A stretch of 32,000 bases of DNA from Candidatus Heimdallarchaeota archaeon (GCA_030149205.1 JASBSB010000007.1:120001-152000); one strand, 5' to 3'. Shown: positions 17,166 to 27,053, numbered from the stretch's first letter. Numbers and translations: made by a program. The notes: generated from the sequence alone by a model not told the origin.

Positions 17166-17602
17166 TAATCCGACACATCCACCTTAGTTTTCTTAGTCAC
17201 TTTGATATCTGTAATCAAAGTGTTTGGATACTGACCAGATGAATCTTTCTCATATCTTTTTGAAAGATCGAATATAGCCAACAAAGCGGCTTGTACCCCC
17301 ATTACAGACTCTATTTCACATCCTGTTTTATCTATAACAGTTACTTTAACTGTGGCAGTGACAAAGTTTTTTTCTATGTTAAACAATACCTTTGTTTGGG
17401 TAATTTTGAGAGGATGGCACATAAAAACAATTTCTGGCGTTTTTTTCACTGCGTTTATTGCTGCTAGTTTAGCATTTTCAAGGACATCTCCTTTTGGATT
17501 GGAATTATTAAGTATCTGAGAAATGGATTCAGAAGATAGAGTAATAGTCCCAGTTGCTGTGGCAGTTCGGATTTGTACTGGTTTATCAGAAATGTTTATC
17601 AT
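17165..17602 (-). CDS. moaC: cyclic pyranopterin monophosphate synthase
   Basis: KGDVL, KKTPEIVFMCHPL, TGCEIES, IFDLSK. TAATG coupling to moaE. Confidence 0.93.
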   Translation of the reverse strand: MINISDKPVQIRTATATGTITLSSESISQILNNSNPKGDVLENAKLAAINAVKKTPEIVFMCHPLKITQTKVLFNIEKNFVTATVKVTVIDKTGCEIESVMGVQAALLAIFDLSKRYEKDSSGQYPNTLITDIKVTKKTKVDVSD

Positions 17603-17801
17603 CTTTGAGTTAAATAGTTTGAATCAATTATATTAATTTTGAATTAGATGGGGCAAAAATTCTAAATTTGTGTAATATTCAATTTCTTTTGTTGGGTTAA
17701 TCTGTGAAACATAGTGATAATGTCAAAAATTCCATAAAAATTATGAGGAAAGATTGCTTAGAAGAAATCTATTTATTATGAAGAATCAAATGTTTACTTA
17801 A

Positions 17802-18968
17802 ATGAATTCATTTTATTCAGAGTTAACGCAGTTTTTAGCTATTCCAGGCCCTGTGGAAATTCATCCAAAGGTCTATGAGGCAATGAACAGACATCTTTAT
17901 GGTCATAGAACAGATCAATTCAGAAAAATATATGTCGATTGTGAGAAAAAATTTCAACCAACAATCCAGACCAATCAGCCAATTTACTTTCTAGCAGGAT
18001 CTGGTTCTCTAGGTTTACACGCAGCCATCACTAACATGGTAGCCAAGGAGGATAAGGTCATCAACCTAGTTAACGGAAAGTTTGGTGAAAGGGTGGAAAA
18101 AATTAGTCAGAGGTTTAGTAATTACTCTCTTGTATTAAGAGAAGAATATGGTAGAGCAATCAAACCTGAAAAAGTACAAGAGCTCTTGGAAAAAAATCCG
18201 GATACAAAACTAGTAACAATTACACATAACGAAACATCAACAGCTGTATTGAATCCCTTACCAGAAATATCTAAAATTGTTCATGATCATGGTGCTCTTC
18301 TAATGGCTGACTGTATAACTTCAGCCGGTGGAGATCTTGTGAAAATGGACGACTGGAAAATTGATTTCTTTGTTTCTGGTTCTCAAAAATGTTATGGATT
18401 ACCCCCAGGTCTATCGTTTGTTTCCTTTAGTGATGAAGCAGCAAAAAGAATGGAAGAAGTCCCAAGAAACCAAGATTTTTACTCTGATCTACTAATGTAT
18501 AGAGAAAAAATGAGTAAAGCACCAGACACTCCTTTCACACCAGCTGTTTCGTTGATGTATGGTTTACAAGCTTCTTTAGACCTTATACACGAGGAAGGCA
18601 TGGAAAATAGGATAAACAGACATAGATTAATGGGGACGGTCTACAGGTCTGCGTTGGAAGAACTTGGCGTTGAACTATTGGCAGAGGAGGGATACAGAAG
18701 CAATACAGTCACTGCAGCGATATTCCCAAATGGTGTTGACCCCTCAAAGTTCATGACCTACATGAAACAATATGGGATATTAGTTACAGGGGGACAAGGC
18801 TCATTAAAAGGGAAAATCTGGAGAGTTGGGCACATGAATCTAGTTGGACCTCGTGAGATTTTAACCATCACCTCAGTGGTAGAATTAGCTCTAAAAAAAG
18901 CCGGTGCAAATATAAAATTGGGGTCTGGAGTAGCAAAAATTTTAGAAATCTTAAATGAAACTGAATAG
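17802..18968 (+). CDS. class V PLP aminotransferase (serine-pyruvate/alanine-glyoxylate type)
   Basis: IPGP, HNETST, SGSQKCYGLPPG (PLP Lys), WRVGHM. Confidence 0.92.
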   Translation: MNSFYSELTQFLAIPGPVEIHPKVYEAMNRHLYGHRTDQFRKIYVDCEKKFQPTIQTNQPIYFLAGSGSLGLHAAITNMVAKEDKVINLVNGKFGERVEKISQRFSNYSLVLREEYGRAIKPEKVQELLEKNPDTKLVTITHNETSTAVLNPLPEISKIVHDHGALLMADCITSAGGDLVKMDDWKIDFFVSGSQKCYGLPPGLSFVSFSDEAAKRMEEVPRNQDFYSDLLMYREKMSKAPDTPFTPAVSLMYGLQASLDLIHEEGMENRINRHRLMGTVYRSALEELGVELLAEEGYRSNTVTAAIFPNGVDPSKFMTYMKQYGILVTGGQGSLKGKIWRVGHMNLVGPREILTITSVVELALKKAGANIKLGSGVAKILEILNETE

Positions 18969-19004
18969 TTAGTTTAAATAGGCACACATCCACAGCTAAA
19001 TTGA

Positions 19005-20069
19005 ATGAAAATTTGGTTTGAAGCCCTAACTGGAAAACAAGCGTTGTTTTTCCATTATATTGCGAAATATTTTGAAGAGAAGGGACACACAACAGTTTTC
19101 ACAACCAGAAATTATGATTATGTTGAGGGGAATTTGAGGAGGTTAAATCGAACGAACTACTTCTCCATAGGTAAATACGGGGGAACCTCTCTCAAATCCA
19201 AGCTAATAGCCGGAACCAAAAGAGTGTTAGAATTAGCAGAGATAATGGATGCAGAGAGACCTGATGTTCTTATAACTCTAGCCTCTCCTGATGCATCACG
19301 AACAGCATTTGGGTTGGGGATTCCAATCATTCAAATAAATGACACACCTCATGCTAGAGCTGTAGGGAGGCTAACTCTCGCAATTTCGGAATATCTAATT
19401 CATCCAGCGGTTATAAATTCTGAAATTTTTCGAAGGCTAGGGGCTCAAAATATTTTAACATATTCTGGTGTTGATGAGATTCTTTGGATAAAAGATTTTA
19501 TTCCTGATCACTCAACTCTCGAAATCTTGAACTTAACTGAATATAATTTCATAGTCGTTAGATGTGAAGAGAGTAAAGCTGCGTACTTTCAAGAGATGTA
19601 TCCTGAAGTAGATCCAGGGAGTACAATCGTCGTAAAGATTATTGAAGAGTTAGAAAATAGGGGTGTAAAAATGAAAATTGTTGCATTTCCAAGGTATGAG
19701 GAACAAAGAGACATCCTTTCTAAATTTAACGATCAAGTAATTATTCCTGATGAATCAGTTGATACATTAACCTTACTGTATTATGCGAAAGTAGCTATGA
19801 CCGGTGGTGGGACTATGGGAAGAGAGGGTGCTCTTTTAGGCACTCCCACAATATATTCATTTCCAAAAGAGTTGGATGTGTCAAGGTATGTTACTAAGAT
19901 GGGATTTCCCCTTATCCATTTTCCAGATCATACAAATGTCCCTGAAAAAATTATTGAGTTACTAAATTATCCTCGAATGGAAGAATCCAAAAGAATTGAA
20001 AAAATTAAAGAAATTGAAACTCCTATTAAGAGCCTTAATAAAGCCCTCAACAATTTAAAATTGATATAG
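19005..20069 (+). CDS. DUF354 family protein (GT-B glycosyltransferase-like)
   Basis: KIWFEALTGKQ, IGKYGG..LKSKL, NDTPHA, GGGTMGREGALLGTP. Confidence 0.85.
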   Translation: MKIWFEALTGKQALFFHYIAKYFEEKGHTTVFTTRNYDYVEGNLRRLNRTNYFSIGKYGGTSLKSKLIAGTKRVLELAEIMDAERPDVLITLASPDASRTAFGLGIPIIQINDTPHARAVGRLTLAISEYLIHPAVINSEIFRRLGAQNILTYSGVDEILWIKDFIPDHSTLEILNLTEYNFIVVRCEESKAAYFQEMYPEVDPGSTIVVKIIEELENRGVKMKIVAFPRYEEQRDILSKFNDQVIIPDESVDTLTLLYYAKVAMTGGGTMGREGALLGTPTIYSFPKELDVSRYVTKMGFPLIHFPDHTNVPEKIIELLNYPRMEESKRIEKIKEIETPIKSLNKALNNLKLI

Positions 20070-20070
20070 G

Positions 20071-21087
20071 ATGAATCTTGAGCTAATTTACATTTTAGCA
20101 TTCATAATTTCATTAATAGCTTCATTACTCATAACACCTCTAGTTGCAAAATATATGAAGAAAATTGGAAAAGTTGGAAAAGATGTTCACAAGGTGGATC
20201 TTCCAGAAACCCCAGAATCGGTTGGGTTAGGATACGTAATAATCTTTACACTTACGCTACTGGGTGGCATTTTAATAACAAATGATGAATTAACCCGACA
20301 ACGGTTAACTATCATGGTTGTTGTGATGGTTCTTGTAATAGCTATTGGGCTTTATGATGATTTTAAAACATTATCTGCAATACTTAAACCGGGATTATTG
20401 ATTCTTGTGTCTCTTCCGATTGTGATATTCCAAGTTGCTGATCCAAGACCTGTGATACCTTTTGTTGGACCTGTGCGTTTGACATTGGTTTATTGGGGAT
20501 TGGCTGCTTTGGTTGTTGCCATAACCAGTAACGCATCAAACATGATCGATGTTCTAAATGGAACTATGAGTGGTTCTGGAATATTGATCGCTTTCACTGC
20601 ATTTGCTGCAAGTTTCATTGTCCCACTTTCATCTTCTCAACAGTTTATCGCAAGGTATTCATCACTTGCACTCGCAGGAGCATTACTTGGGTTCTTCTGG
20701 TATAATCGATACCCAGCGAAAGTGTTTGCAGGTGATACAGGCAGCCTTGGAACCGGTGCTGCAATAGGGCTAATCGCCATCTATGGGAAGTTAGAGTTTG
20801 TTTTAATTGTTGCATTACTAGTTCATATTATGAACAGCTTCTCAATTCTTTCTTCAATTGGAGGGTTAAAGGAAAGGAGAGAGATACAAAGCAGACCTGT
20901 TAAAGTGGAAAATGGTATTATATATCCATCCTTAGATAAGAAAGCCCCCATAACATTGGTTAGATTAATAGTCTCAAAAAGACCAAAAACTGAAAAAGAG
21001 GTTGTTAATGCAATTCTCTTTCTAGTCTTATACTCCTGTATCTTAGCCTTGTTTAGTGCATATTTGATCTTGGAGGTTTCATTTTAA
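20071..21087 (+). CDS. aglH: UDP-GlcNAc:dolichyl-phosphate GlcNAc-1-phosphotransferase (MraY/GPT/AglH family)
   Basis: GKDVHK, GLYDD, NASNMIDVLNG, YPAKVFAGDTG, multiple TM helices. Confidence 0.85.
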   Translation: MNLELIYILAFIISLIASLLITPLVAKYMKKIGKVGKDVHKVDLPETPESVGLGYVIIFTLTLLGGILITNDELTRQRLTIMVVVMVLVIAIGLYDDFKTLSAILKPGLLILVSLPIVIFQVADPRPVIPFVGPVRLTLVYWGLAALVVAITSNASNMIDVLNGTMSGSGILIAFTAFAASFIVPLSSSQQFIARYSSLALAGALLGFFWYNRYPAKVFAGDTGSLGTGAAIGLIAIYGKLEFVLIVALLVHIMNSFSILSSIGGLKERREIQSRPVKVENGIIYPSLDKKAPITLVRLIVSKRPKTEKEVVNAILFLVLYSCILALFSAYLILEVSF

Positions 21088-21344
21088 TGTCACTTAAAGA
21101 AAACAGCGAGCTTATTTTACTATTAACTAACGTGTGGTTTATGCTATTGGGATTATGTGGGATAATTGGAGGATTTGTGGTAACAATAGATCTTGCAAGA
21201 TCCTACATTGAAAATTTGGGGATTGGTGCTATGAAGGTGATGGTATCCTTCTTAGTGTTAGGGTTTTGGTTAATAATATGGTATACCCTTATGAGATTAA
21301 CCCTAGTTTCAAACTTGTCTGAGTTAAAAGCAGACAATAGTTAG
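21087..21344 (+). CDS. small two-TM protein
   Basis: TAATG overlap with the upstream gene and two hydrophobic helices. Confidence 0.6.
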   Translation: MSLKENSELILLLTNVWFMLLGLCGIIGGFVVTIDLARSYIENLGIGAMKVMVSFLVLGFWLIIWYTLMRLTLVSNLSELKADNS

Positions 21345-21437
21345 CAAAAATCGAATTAAATAAGTTAAGAAAATTAATGTACAAAATATTCTAAAGATAG
21401 AGAAATTATTTTAATAAGTTCTTCTCTCCTTGTACTC

Positions 21438-22370
21438 ATGGAGTTTGAAAAGGATTTAATTACACTAAAATCATATTCAAAGGAACAGATTCAGCACCTG
21501 CTTGAACTTTCAAGTAACGTTAAACAGAAAATGAAAAAGAAAGAGCTGTATCAACCTCTGAAGGGATATTCGATGTCAATGATTTTTCAAAAAAGATCAA
21601 CTAGAACTAGAGTAAGTACTGAGACGGGGATGGCCTATTTAGGAGGACATTCACTATTTTTAGGAAAGGATGATATTCAGCTTGGAAAGAACGAATCCTT
21701 AAAGGATACTGCTTTAGTACTCTCTCGGTTTAATGACCTAATACTTGCAAGGGTCTTCGCACATAGTGACGTTGAAGAGCTAGCAACCCATTCCAAAGTG
21801 CCTGTTATAAATGCACTTTCTGACACCTACCACCCTCTTCAGATACTTGCAGATTACTTGACTATCAGAGAGCATTTTGGAAAACTAGAGGGTTTAACTA
21901 TTGCATGGGTAGGGGATGGTAATAATGTTCTTCATTCATTTATGGTTTCTGCTGCAAAACTCGGTATTAATCTTAGGGTGACCACACCACATAATTTTCG
22001 CCCTAATTCAGAAATAATTGATTATGCTAAAACTTCCTCAAATGAGCATAACACTGAGTTTTTATTAACAGATGATCCGAAAGAGGGAGTCAAGGGTGCA
22101 GACATAATTGTAACTGACACGTGGGTTTCAATGGGACAAGATGAAGAATATGAGGCAAGAATCAAAGCTTTTAACGGTTATCAGGTGACGGAGGAGCTTG
22201 GGAAATTTGCAAATCCAAATTGGAAGTTTATGCATTGTTTACCTAGAAAACAACATGAGGTTAATGATGAGGTGTTTTACTCAAAGAGATCTATTGTGTT
22301 TGATGAGGCAGAAAACAGAATGTACACCGTTATGGCTGTAATTTTAGCTCTTTTAAGAATGGATAAGTAA
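21438..22370 (+). CDS. argF: ornithine carbamoyltransferase
   Basis: STRT, HPLQ, DTWVSMG, HCLP, EAENR. Confidence 0.97.
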   Translation: MEFEKDLITLKSYSKEQIQHLLELSSNVKQKMKKKELYQPLKGYSMSMIFQKRSTRTRVSTETGMAYLGGHSLFLGKDDIQLGKNESLKDTALVLSRFNDLILARVFAHSDVEELATHSKVPVINALSDTYHPLQILADYLTIREHFGKLEGLTIAWVGDGNNVLHSFMVSAAKLGINLRVTTPHNFRPNSEIIDYAKTSSNEHNTEFLLTDDPKEGVKGADIIVTDTWVSMGQDEEYEARIKAFNGYQVTEELGKFANPNWKFMHCLPRKQHEVNDEVFYSKRSIVFDEAENRMYTVMAVILALLRMDK

Positions 22371-22483
22371 TCGAGGAATCAGTTCGGGAGGTGAAGCCTC
22401 TTACGAAAGCTTAAAAAAAAGGATTCTTGTAATTTAGTCTATGAAACAATGGGTTTGATTTATACATCTATCCATGTTTCTGT

Positions 22484-22609
22484 GTCTGAGTAGCTCAGCT
22501 GGTTAGAGCGCAAGACTCATAAGTAAAATAAAGGCAAGACACAACACTGTGAAATCTTGAGGTCGCGGGTTCGAGAAAAGTTTTTCTTTCGAAATTCCCG
22601 CCTCAGACA
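22484..22609 (+). tRNA. tRNA-Met(CAT), probably elongator, with two introns: 37/38 (22522-22553) and 59/60 (22576-22595)
   Basis: Acceptor GTCTGAG/CTCAGAC, D stem GCTC/GAGC, anticodon stem CAAGA/TCTTG, T stem GCGGG/CCCGC. BHB core TTCG/CGAA. Ile2 identity not excluded. Confidence 0.9.
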
Positions 22610-22670
22610 TAATCTATACTCAAAATACTTTAATATGTTTAATTTTAAGTAAGCCATCTATCTCTATAAT

Positions 22671-23474
22671 TTGTTTAAAGCAAGCCATCCATTTTCCGGG
22701 ATTATGACCACCTTATTTTCGATTATTATTACATCGAAAGTGACAAAGAACTTTGAAGTTATTGTGATCGTTGGGTCCTTAATCTTGCTTTCTCAGCTCA
22801 TAGTTGGGATTTCAAATGATTTTTTAGATTTAGAAACTGATAGACTATACCAACCAGACAAACCATTAGTTAATACCACAATATCTTCAACTCAAATAAA
22901 AATAGCATTGGGAATTTTGGGAGGGGGATTTATAACTCTTGGTTTCCTTTATACGACAGCTATTGGAGCTGTTGTTTTGACAATTGGAATTCTGAGTGGT
23001 CTTAGCTATAACCTTGGATTTAAACGCACAATCTATAGTCCTGGATCATACTTTCTCGCCTTTGGAATGCTTTTTTTGCTTCCTTTTACTTTTGTTAAAC
23101 CTGAGTTGATTTTTAGTGCATCACCAGTTTTTATGATTTCTGGTTTCATCTTAATTTTTCAAGGGCATATACTTAATTCCATAATTGATATTGATACTGA
23201 TAAAATTACGAGGAACTTTAATTTTGTTGTACAACTTGGTGAGAGAAACTCAGTATTCATTGTAATAATTGGAATGTTAGTTCAAATAATTTTAAACATT
23301 GATACTCTACCAGTGGCTTTAATTTTCCTAATCATGCTAATTTCATTAATGATGGTGTATAGAAATTCAAAGAGTTATCAAAAATATTATTATGGTTTTG
23401 TAGTTTTGGGTTTAATCGCAATCAGTCAAATAAAGTTGTTTACGCCCCCAACAGGAATTTCATCTTTTTGGTGA
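22671..23474 (+). CDS. UbiA-family prenyltransferase
   Basis: NDFLDLETD...DKPL and NSIIDIDTD Asp-rich motifs, many TM helices. TTG start uncertain. Confidence 0.8.
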   Translation: MFKASHPFSGIMTTLFSIIITSKVTKNFEVIVIVGSLILLSQLIVGISNDFLDLETDRLYQPDKPLVNTTISSTQIKIALGILGGGFITLGFLYTTAIGAVVLTIGILSGLSYNLGFKRTIYSPGSYFLAFGMLFLLPFTFVKPELIFSASPVFMISGFILIFQGHILNSIIDIDTDKITRNFNFVVQLGERNSVFIVIIGMLVQIILNIDTLPVALIFLIMLISLMMVYRNSKSYQKYYYGFVVLGLIAISQIKLFTPPTGISSFW

Positions 23475-23534
23475 TTTTGAACCTGTGACCTTCCGGTTAA
23501 CAGCCGGATGCTCTGCCAGCTAAGCTATGGAGGC
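23443..23534 (-). tRNA. tRNA-Asn(GTT) with 19-nt intron at 59/60 (23457-23475)
   Basis: Acceptor GCCTCCA/TGGGGGC with G73, TCCGG-CTGTTAA-CCGGA, T stem ACAGG/CCTGT. BHB core TTCA/TGAA. Confidence 0.9.
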
Positions 23535-23736
23535 ATGGAGCTGTGTTTACAGCAATCCGAATCAGCAACAATTCCTATTCTTAAAATCTTAACGAAAGAT
23601 TACGTTGATACTGATTTCTTTTGACACTCTACTAAACATTTCCATTGGTTAAAAATCCCTTTAGAAATAGATTCCAAAAGAAGTTTATTTCACAACTATT
23701 AAAAGCTAATATAAAGAACTTAATTTGAAATAGATT

Positions 23737-24387
23737 ATGTCAGCAAATCAGGGACAATATTCAGAAGAGTTAGGTCTTCAGTCTATAAAGAAAAGCATTG
23801 AAAATGAAGCCAAGTTGAGACATGACATTATACTCTCTGAGGGCAAAAAAGAAGCTGAGAAGATTATCAAAGAAGCGAAATCAGAGGCTGAAAAAACTAA
23901 AAATAAATTATTCAGCGATGCCAAAAATCAAGCAAATCAGCATAAACAACAGAGAATTTCCAAGATCAAGTTAGAATCACAGATGAACTTTCTTAAATTT
24001 AGAGAAGAGGTTATAGATAATATTTTGGTCGACCTACAAACAGATCTTCAAAAGTTTACTAAGACAAAAGAGTATCCAAAGGTTTTGGAAAGATTTTTGT
24101 TAGAGAGTGCATTAGCTATTGGAGGAGGTGACTTGGAGATTCTGATGAAAAAGGAAGATCAGACCCATCTAAGTGACGCTCTTTTGAGCAAAATTAGTAA
24201 AGAAGTTAACACAGAAATTGGAGTTGTGACGAAATTTAGTTTCGGGAAGCCATTAACTAACACTATTGGAGGGCTCAAGACTTTTAGAAAAGACGGGAAA
24301 ATTTTGGTTGATGACACCTTTGAAGCTCGAATTAATCGAAAAATCGATGTAATTAGAAACACTGTAGTTGAAAAGCTTCTGAGTTAG
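23737..24387 (+). CDS. atpE: A/V-type ATP synthase subunit E
   Basis: N-terminal coiled coil, TIGGLKT..KDGKILVDDTFEARI. Confidence 0.85.
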   Translation: MSANQGQYSEELGLQSIKKSIENEAKLRHDIILSEGKKEAEKIIKEAKSEAEKTKNKLFSDAKNQANQHKQQRISKIKLESQMNFLKFREEVIDNILVDLQTDLQKFTKTKEYPKVLERFLLESALAIGGGDLEILMKKEDQTHLSDALLSKISKEVNTEIGVVTKFSFGKPLTNTIGGLKTFRKDGKILVDDTFEARINRKIDVIRNTVVEKLLS

Positions 24388-24397
24388 GTGAAATTTT

Positions 24398-24946
24398 GTG
24401 AAACTTAATAGACTACTGTTTTTATTTTTATTCCTTCTCTTATTATCTCAAGGTCAGACTGCAATAAATGGAGATGTCTTTATAGGGTATGGTGGTTATA
24501 TTTCTAGTCAACAGATTACTCAGGGCTCAACAGTGGTCTTTACTGGATCTGTCGATTATAACTCAACTCAGACAACAGCCAAAGTAAAATCTATGAACGT
24601 GAGTTTTATAATTTATTCTGCAAATGTGTTGATTTCAAGACATAATTTCACAAAGACATACGTCACAGCAGATCAACAATCCTTCGTTAAAAATCAAACT
24701 TTTACTGGCACTCTAAGAACGAAGATAGACCTTCCTCCATCAGCCTATAATGTTTCAATATCATTCGATATCGCTGAAGGGACGGGGTCTGTCTATAGCC
24801 AATATTATTCATTAAGAAACCAAACTGTGTATGTAATTGGACAAACAAATACAGGAAGGGTGTTACAAAACATCCTCATAGGTTTAACTATAATTGGAGG
24901 AATTGGTGTAATTTTTTATCTTTACAGAAGGTATTTTAGACGTTAG
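24398..24946 (+). CDS. predicted exported beta-rich protein with C-terminal membrane anchor
   Basis: Signal-peptide-like N-terminus, C-terminal TM helix and basic tail RRYFRR. Confidence 0.6.
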   Translation: MKLNRLLFLFLFLLLLSQGQTAINGDVFIGYGGYISSQQITQGSTVVFTGSVDYNSTQTTAKVKSMNVSFIIYSANVLISRHNFTKTYVTADQQSFVKNQTFTGTLRTKIDLPPSAYNVSISFDIAEGTGSVYSQYYSLRNQTVYVIGQTNTGRVLQNILIGLTIIGGIGVIFYLYRRYFRR

Positions 24947-24976
24947 AATTTAAACTTTAATGAATTATTGGGAATT

Positions 24977-25795
24977 ATGAACCCAGAAATAATGGGTATA
25001 TTAAATCTCTCTCCAGATAGCCCAGTGGTTAGTTCAATATTTAAAGGGGATATTGAGAGAGATTTAGTGGATCGAGCAGAGAGGATGGTAGAAGAAGGGG
25101 CCTCTTATATTGATATAGGGGGTAATTCATCTTCCTCATTAGCAATCGAGATATCTCCATTAGAGGAGGAGAAAAGAATATTAGAAGCTGTGAAAATCCT
25201 TTGTGACAGTGGGTTCCAAGTTTCTGTTGATAGTTGGACTCCATCAATCCTAAAAAAGGCTCTTGATTTAGGGATTTCAGTAGTTAATGATATTTCAGGA
25301 GGTTCTAACCCCGAAATACTAAATTTAATAGAAACGTATAAACCAAAATACTGTGTTATGCATCAAATAACCAAACCCAAAATGCATTACTCTGTTAATC
25401 AAAATTTCCCACATTTGATTGAGAGAATTGTGAAAGACCTCAATAATGTTGGAGAGTACCTAATTTCAAAGGGAATCCCGAAGAAAAAAATTTATTTAGA
25501 TCCAGGATTTGGTTTTGGACGGGATGGTCACTCAAATATGGAAATTTTAAGACATTTAGAGGAACTAAAATTTTTGGGGTATCCAATATTGGTATCTGCA
25601 TCTAAAAAAGCATTTTTGGGGGAATATCTTCCTAATTTTAACCGTAGTCAGAAAGACCCCAGGTTATATGAAGCCACTTTAGCTTTTAATCTGTTACTAA
25701 TGTTAAAAGGGACGAGCGTATTAAGAGTTCATGATGTAAAGGGAATTGCAATCGTGAGAGACGTAGTTAAAGAATTTTTTAATGTAAAGCTGTAA
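24977..25795 (+). CDS. folP: dihydropteroate synthase
   Basis: [42 protein letters not shown]. Confidence 0.92.
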   Translation: MNPEIMGILNLSPDSPVVSSIFKGDIERDLVDRAERMVEEGASYIDIGGNSSSSLAIEISPLEEEKRILEAVKILCDSGFQVSVDSWTPSILKKALDLGISVVNDISGGSNPEILNLIETYKPKYCVMHQITKPKMHYSVNQNFPHLIERIVKDLNNVGEYLISKGIPKKKIYLDPGFGFGRDGHSNMEILRHLEELKFLGYPILVSASKKAFLGEYLPNFNRSQKDPRLYEATLAFNLLLMLKGTSVLRVHDVKGIAIVRDVVKEFFNVKL

Positions 25796-27053
25796 ACCCT
25801 GGATACAGGGGGAACTGGTCACAAAGTTCATTGACACCTTGTTTAATTTCTTGAAGAACGTTTTTGTCTTGATAATTATCTAATGTCTTCACTATAAACT
25901 CTCCAATTGTTTTCATTTCAGACTTTCCGAGACCTCGGGTGGTGAGAGCAGGAGTCCCAATTCGAATACCTGATGGATCGAAAGGTGTTCGTGTATCAAA
26001 GGGAATCATATTTTTGTTGGTGAAAATTCCAACCTCATCCAATGTTCTTTCTGCGATTTTTCCACCCATATTATATTTTGATATATCTAATAATATTAGA
26101 TGATTGTCTGTTCCTCCTGAAACCAATGTTGCACCATTTTCAATCAAACTCTCTGCTAAAGCCTTTGCATTAACCTTTATAGATTTAGCATATTCTATAA
26201 AATCTGGTTGAAGTGCCTCTTTAAATGAAACAGCCTTAGCTGCAATAATGTGATCCAGAGGCCCACCCTGCATTCCAGGAAAAACTGCCTTATTTATTGA
26301 TGCCTCATATTCTTCCTTTCCCATGATAATCGCTCCTCTTGGTCCCCTTAAGGTTTTATGGGTGGTTGTAGTCACTACGTCAGAATATGGGACAGGGTCA
26401 GGATGAACCTTTGCTGCAACAAGCCCAGCAATGTGTGCAATATCTGAAACCAAAAATGCATCAACTGAATCAGCAATTTCTTTAAAATGTTTAAAATCAA
26501 GCTCTCTTGAATATGCTGAAAAGCCAGCCATTATCAACTTCGGATTTGTTTCTTTAGCAATCATTTCAACCTTATTCATGTCAATTCTACCTGTCTCTTT
26601 TTCAACTCCGTACGAGTTGATCTTATAAAAATGACCTGAAAAGTTAACCTTATGACCATGAGTTAGATGACCCCCATGATCAAGTGACATACTTAAAATA
26701 GGGTCTCCTATTTCTATCAGGGCGAAGTATGTTTCCATGTTTGCAGAACTTCCAGAATGTGATTGGACATTGACAAAATCTGCACCGAATAGTTTTTTTG
26801 CCCTTGAAATTGCCAATTGCTCTGCCACATCGATATATTCGTTTCCTCCGTAGTATCTTTTTCCTGGATATCCTTCAGAATATTTATTCGTTAATACAGA
26901 CCCCATTGCCTCTAAGACAGCCTTTGAGACATAATTCTCCGAGGCAATCATTTCTAACCCTCTTCGACCTCTGTTTAGCTCATTGATCAGAACATCATAA
27001 ATTTCTTTGTCAGAATTATCCAATGAATTCAAAAACCAATCGTGATACATCAA
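25779..27053 (-). CDS. glyA: serine hydroxymethyltransferase
   Basis: [38 protein letters not shown]. Confidence 0.97.
   Translation of the reverse strand: MMYHDWFLNSLDNSDKEIYDVLINELNRGRRGLEMIASENYVSKAVLEAMGSVLTNKYSEGYPGKRYYGGNEYIDVAEQLAISRAKKLFGADFVNVQSHSGSSANMETYFALIEIGDPILSMSLDHGGHLTHGHKVNFSGHFYKINSYGVEKETGRIDMNKVEMIAKETNPKLIMAGFSAYSRELDFKHFKEIADSVDAFLVSDIAHIAGLVAAKVHPDPVPYSDVVTTTTHKTLRGPRGAIIMGKEEYEASINKAVFPGMQGGPLDHIIAAKAVSFKEALQPDFIEYAKSIKVNAKALAESLIENGATLVSGGTDNHLILLDISKYNMGGKIAERTLDEVGIFTNKNMIPFDTRTPFDPSGIRIGTPALTTRGLGKSEMKTIGEFIVKTLDNYQDKNVLQEIKQGVNELCDQFPLYPGFTALH

Noticed and set aside
22374-22428. Possible SECIS, riboswitch, hammerhead or BHB
   Set aside because: No in-frame UGA selenoprotein nearby, no recognisable conserved core, and both bulges lie on the same strand.
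22443-22480. Hairpin GAAAC-ATGG/CCAT-GTTTC upstream of tRNA-Met
   Set aside because: It encloses the likely TATA (TTTATA) and is probably mostly untranscribed. Too weak to call.
22609-23443. UbiA as an integrated island between tRNAs
   Set aside because: No integrase and no duplicated tRNA 3' fragment (att site) were seen.
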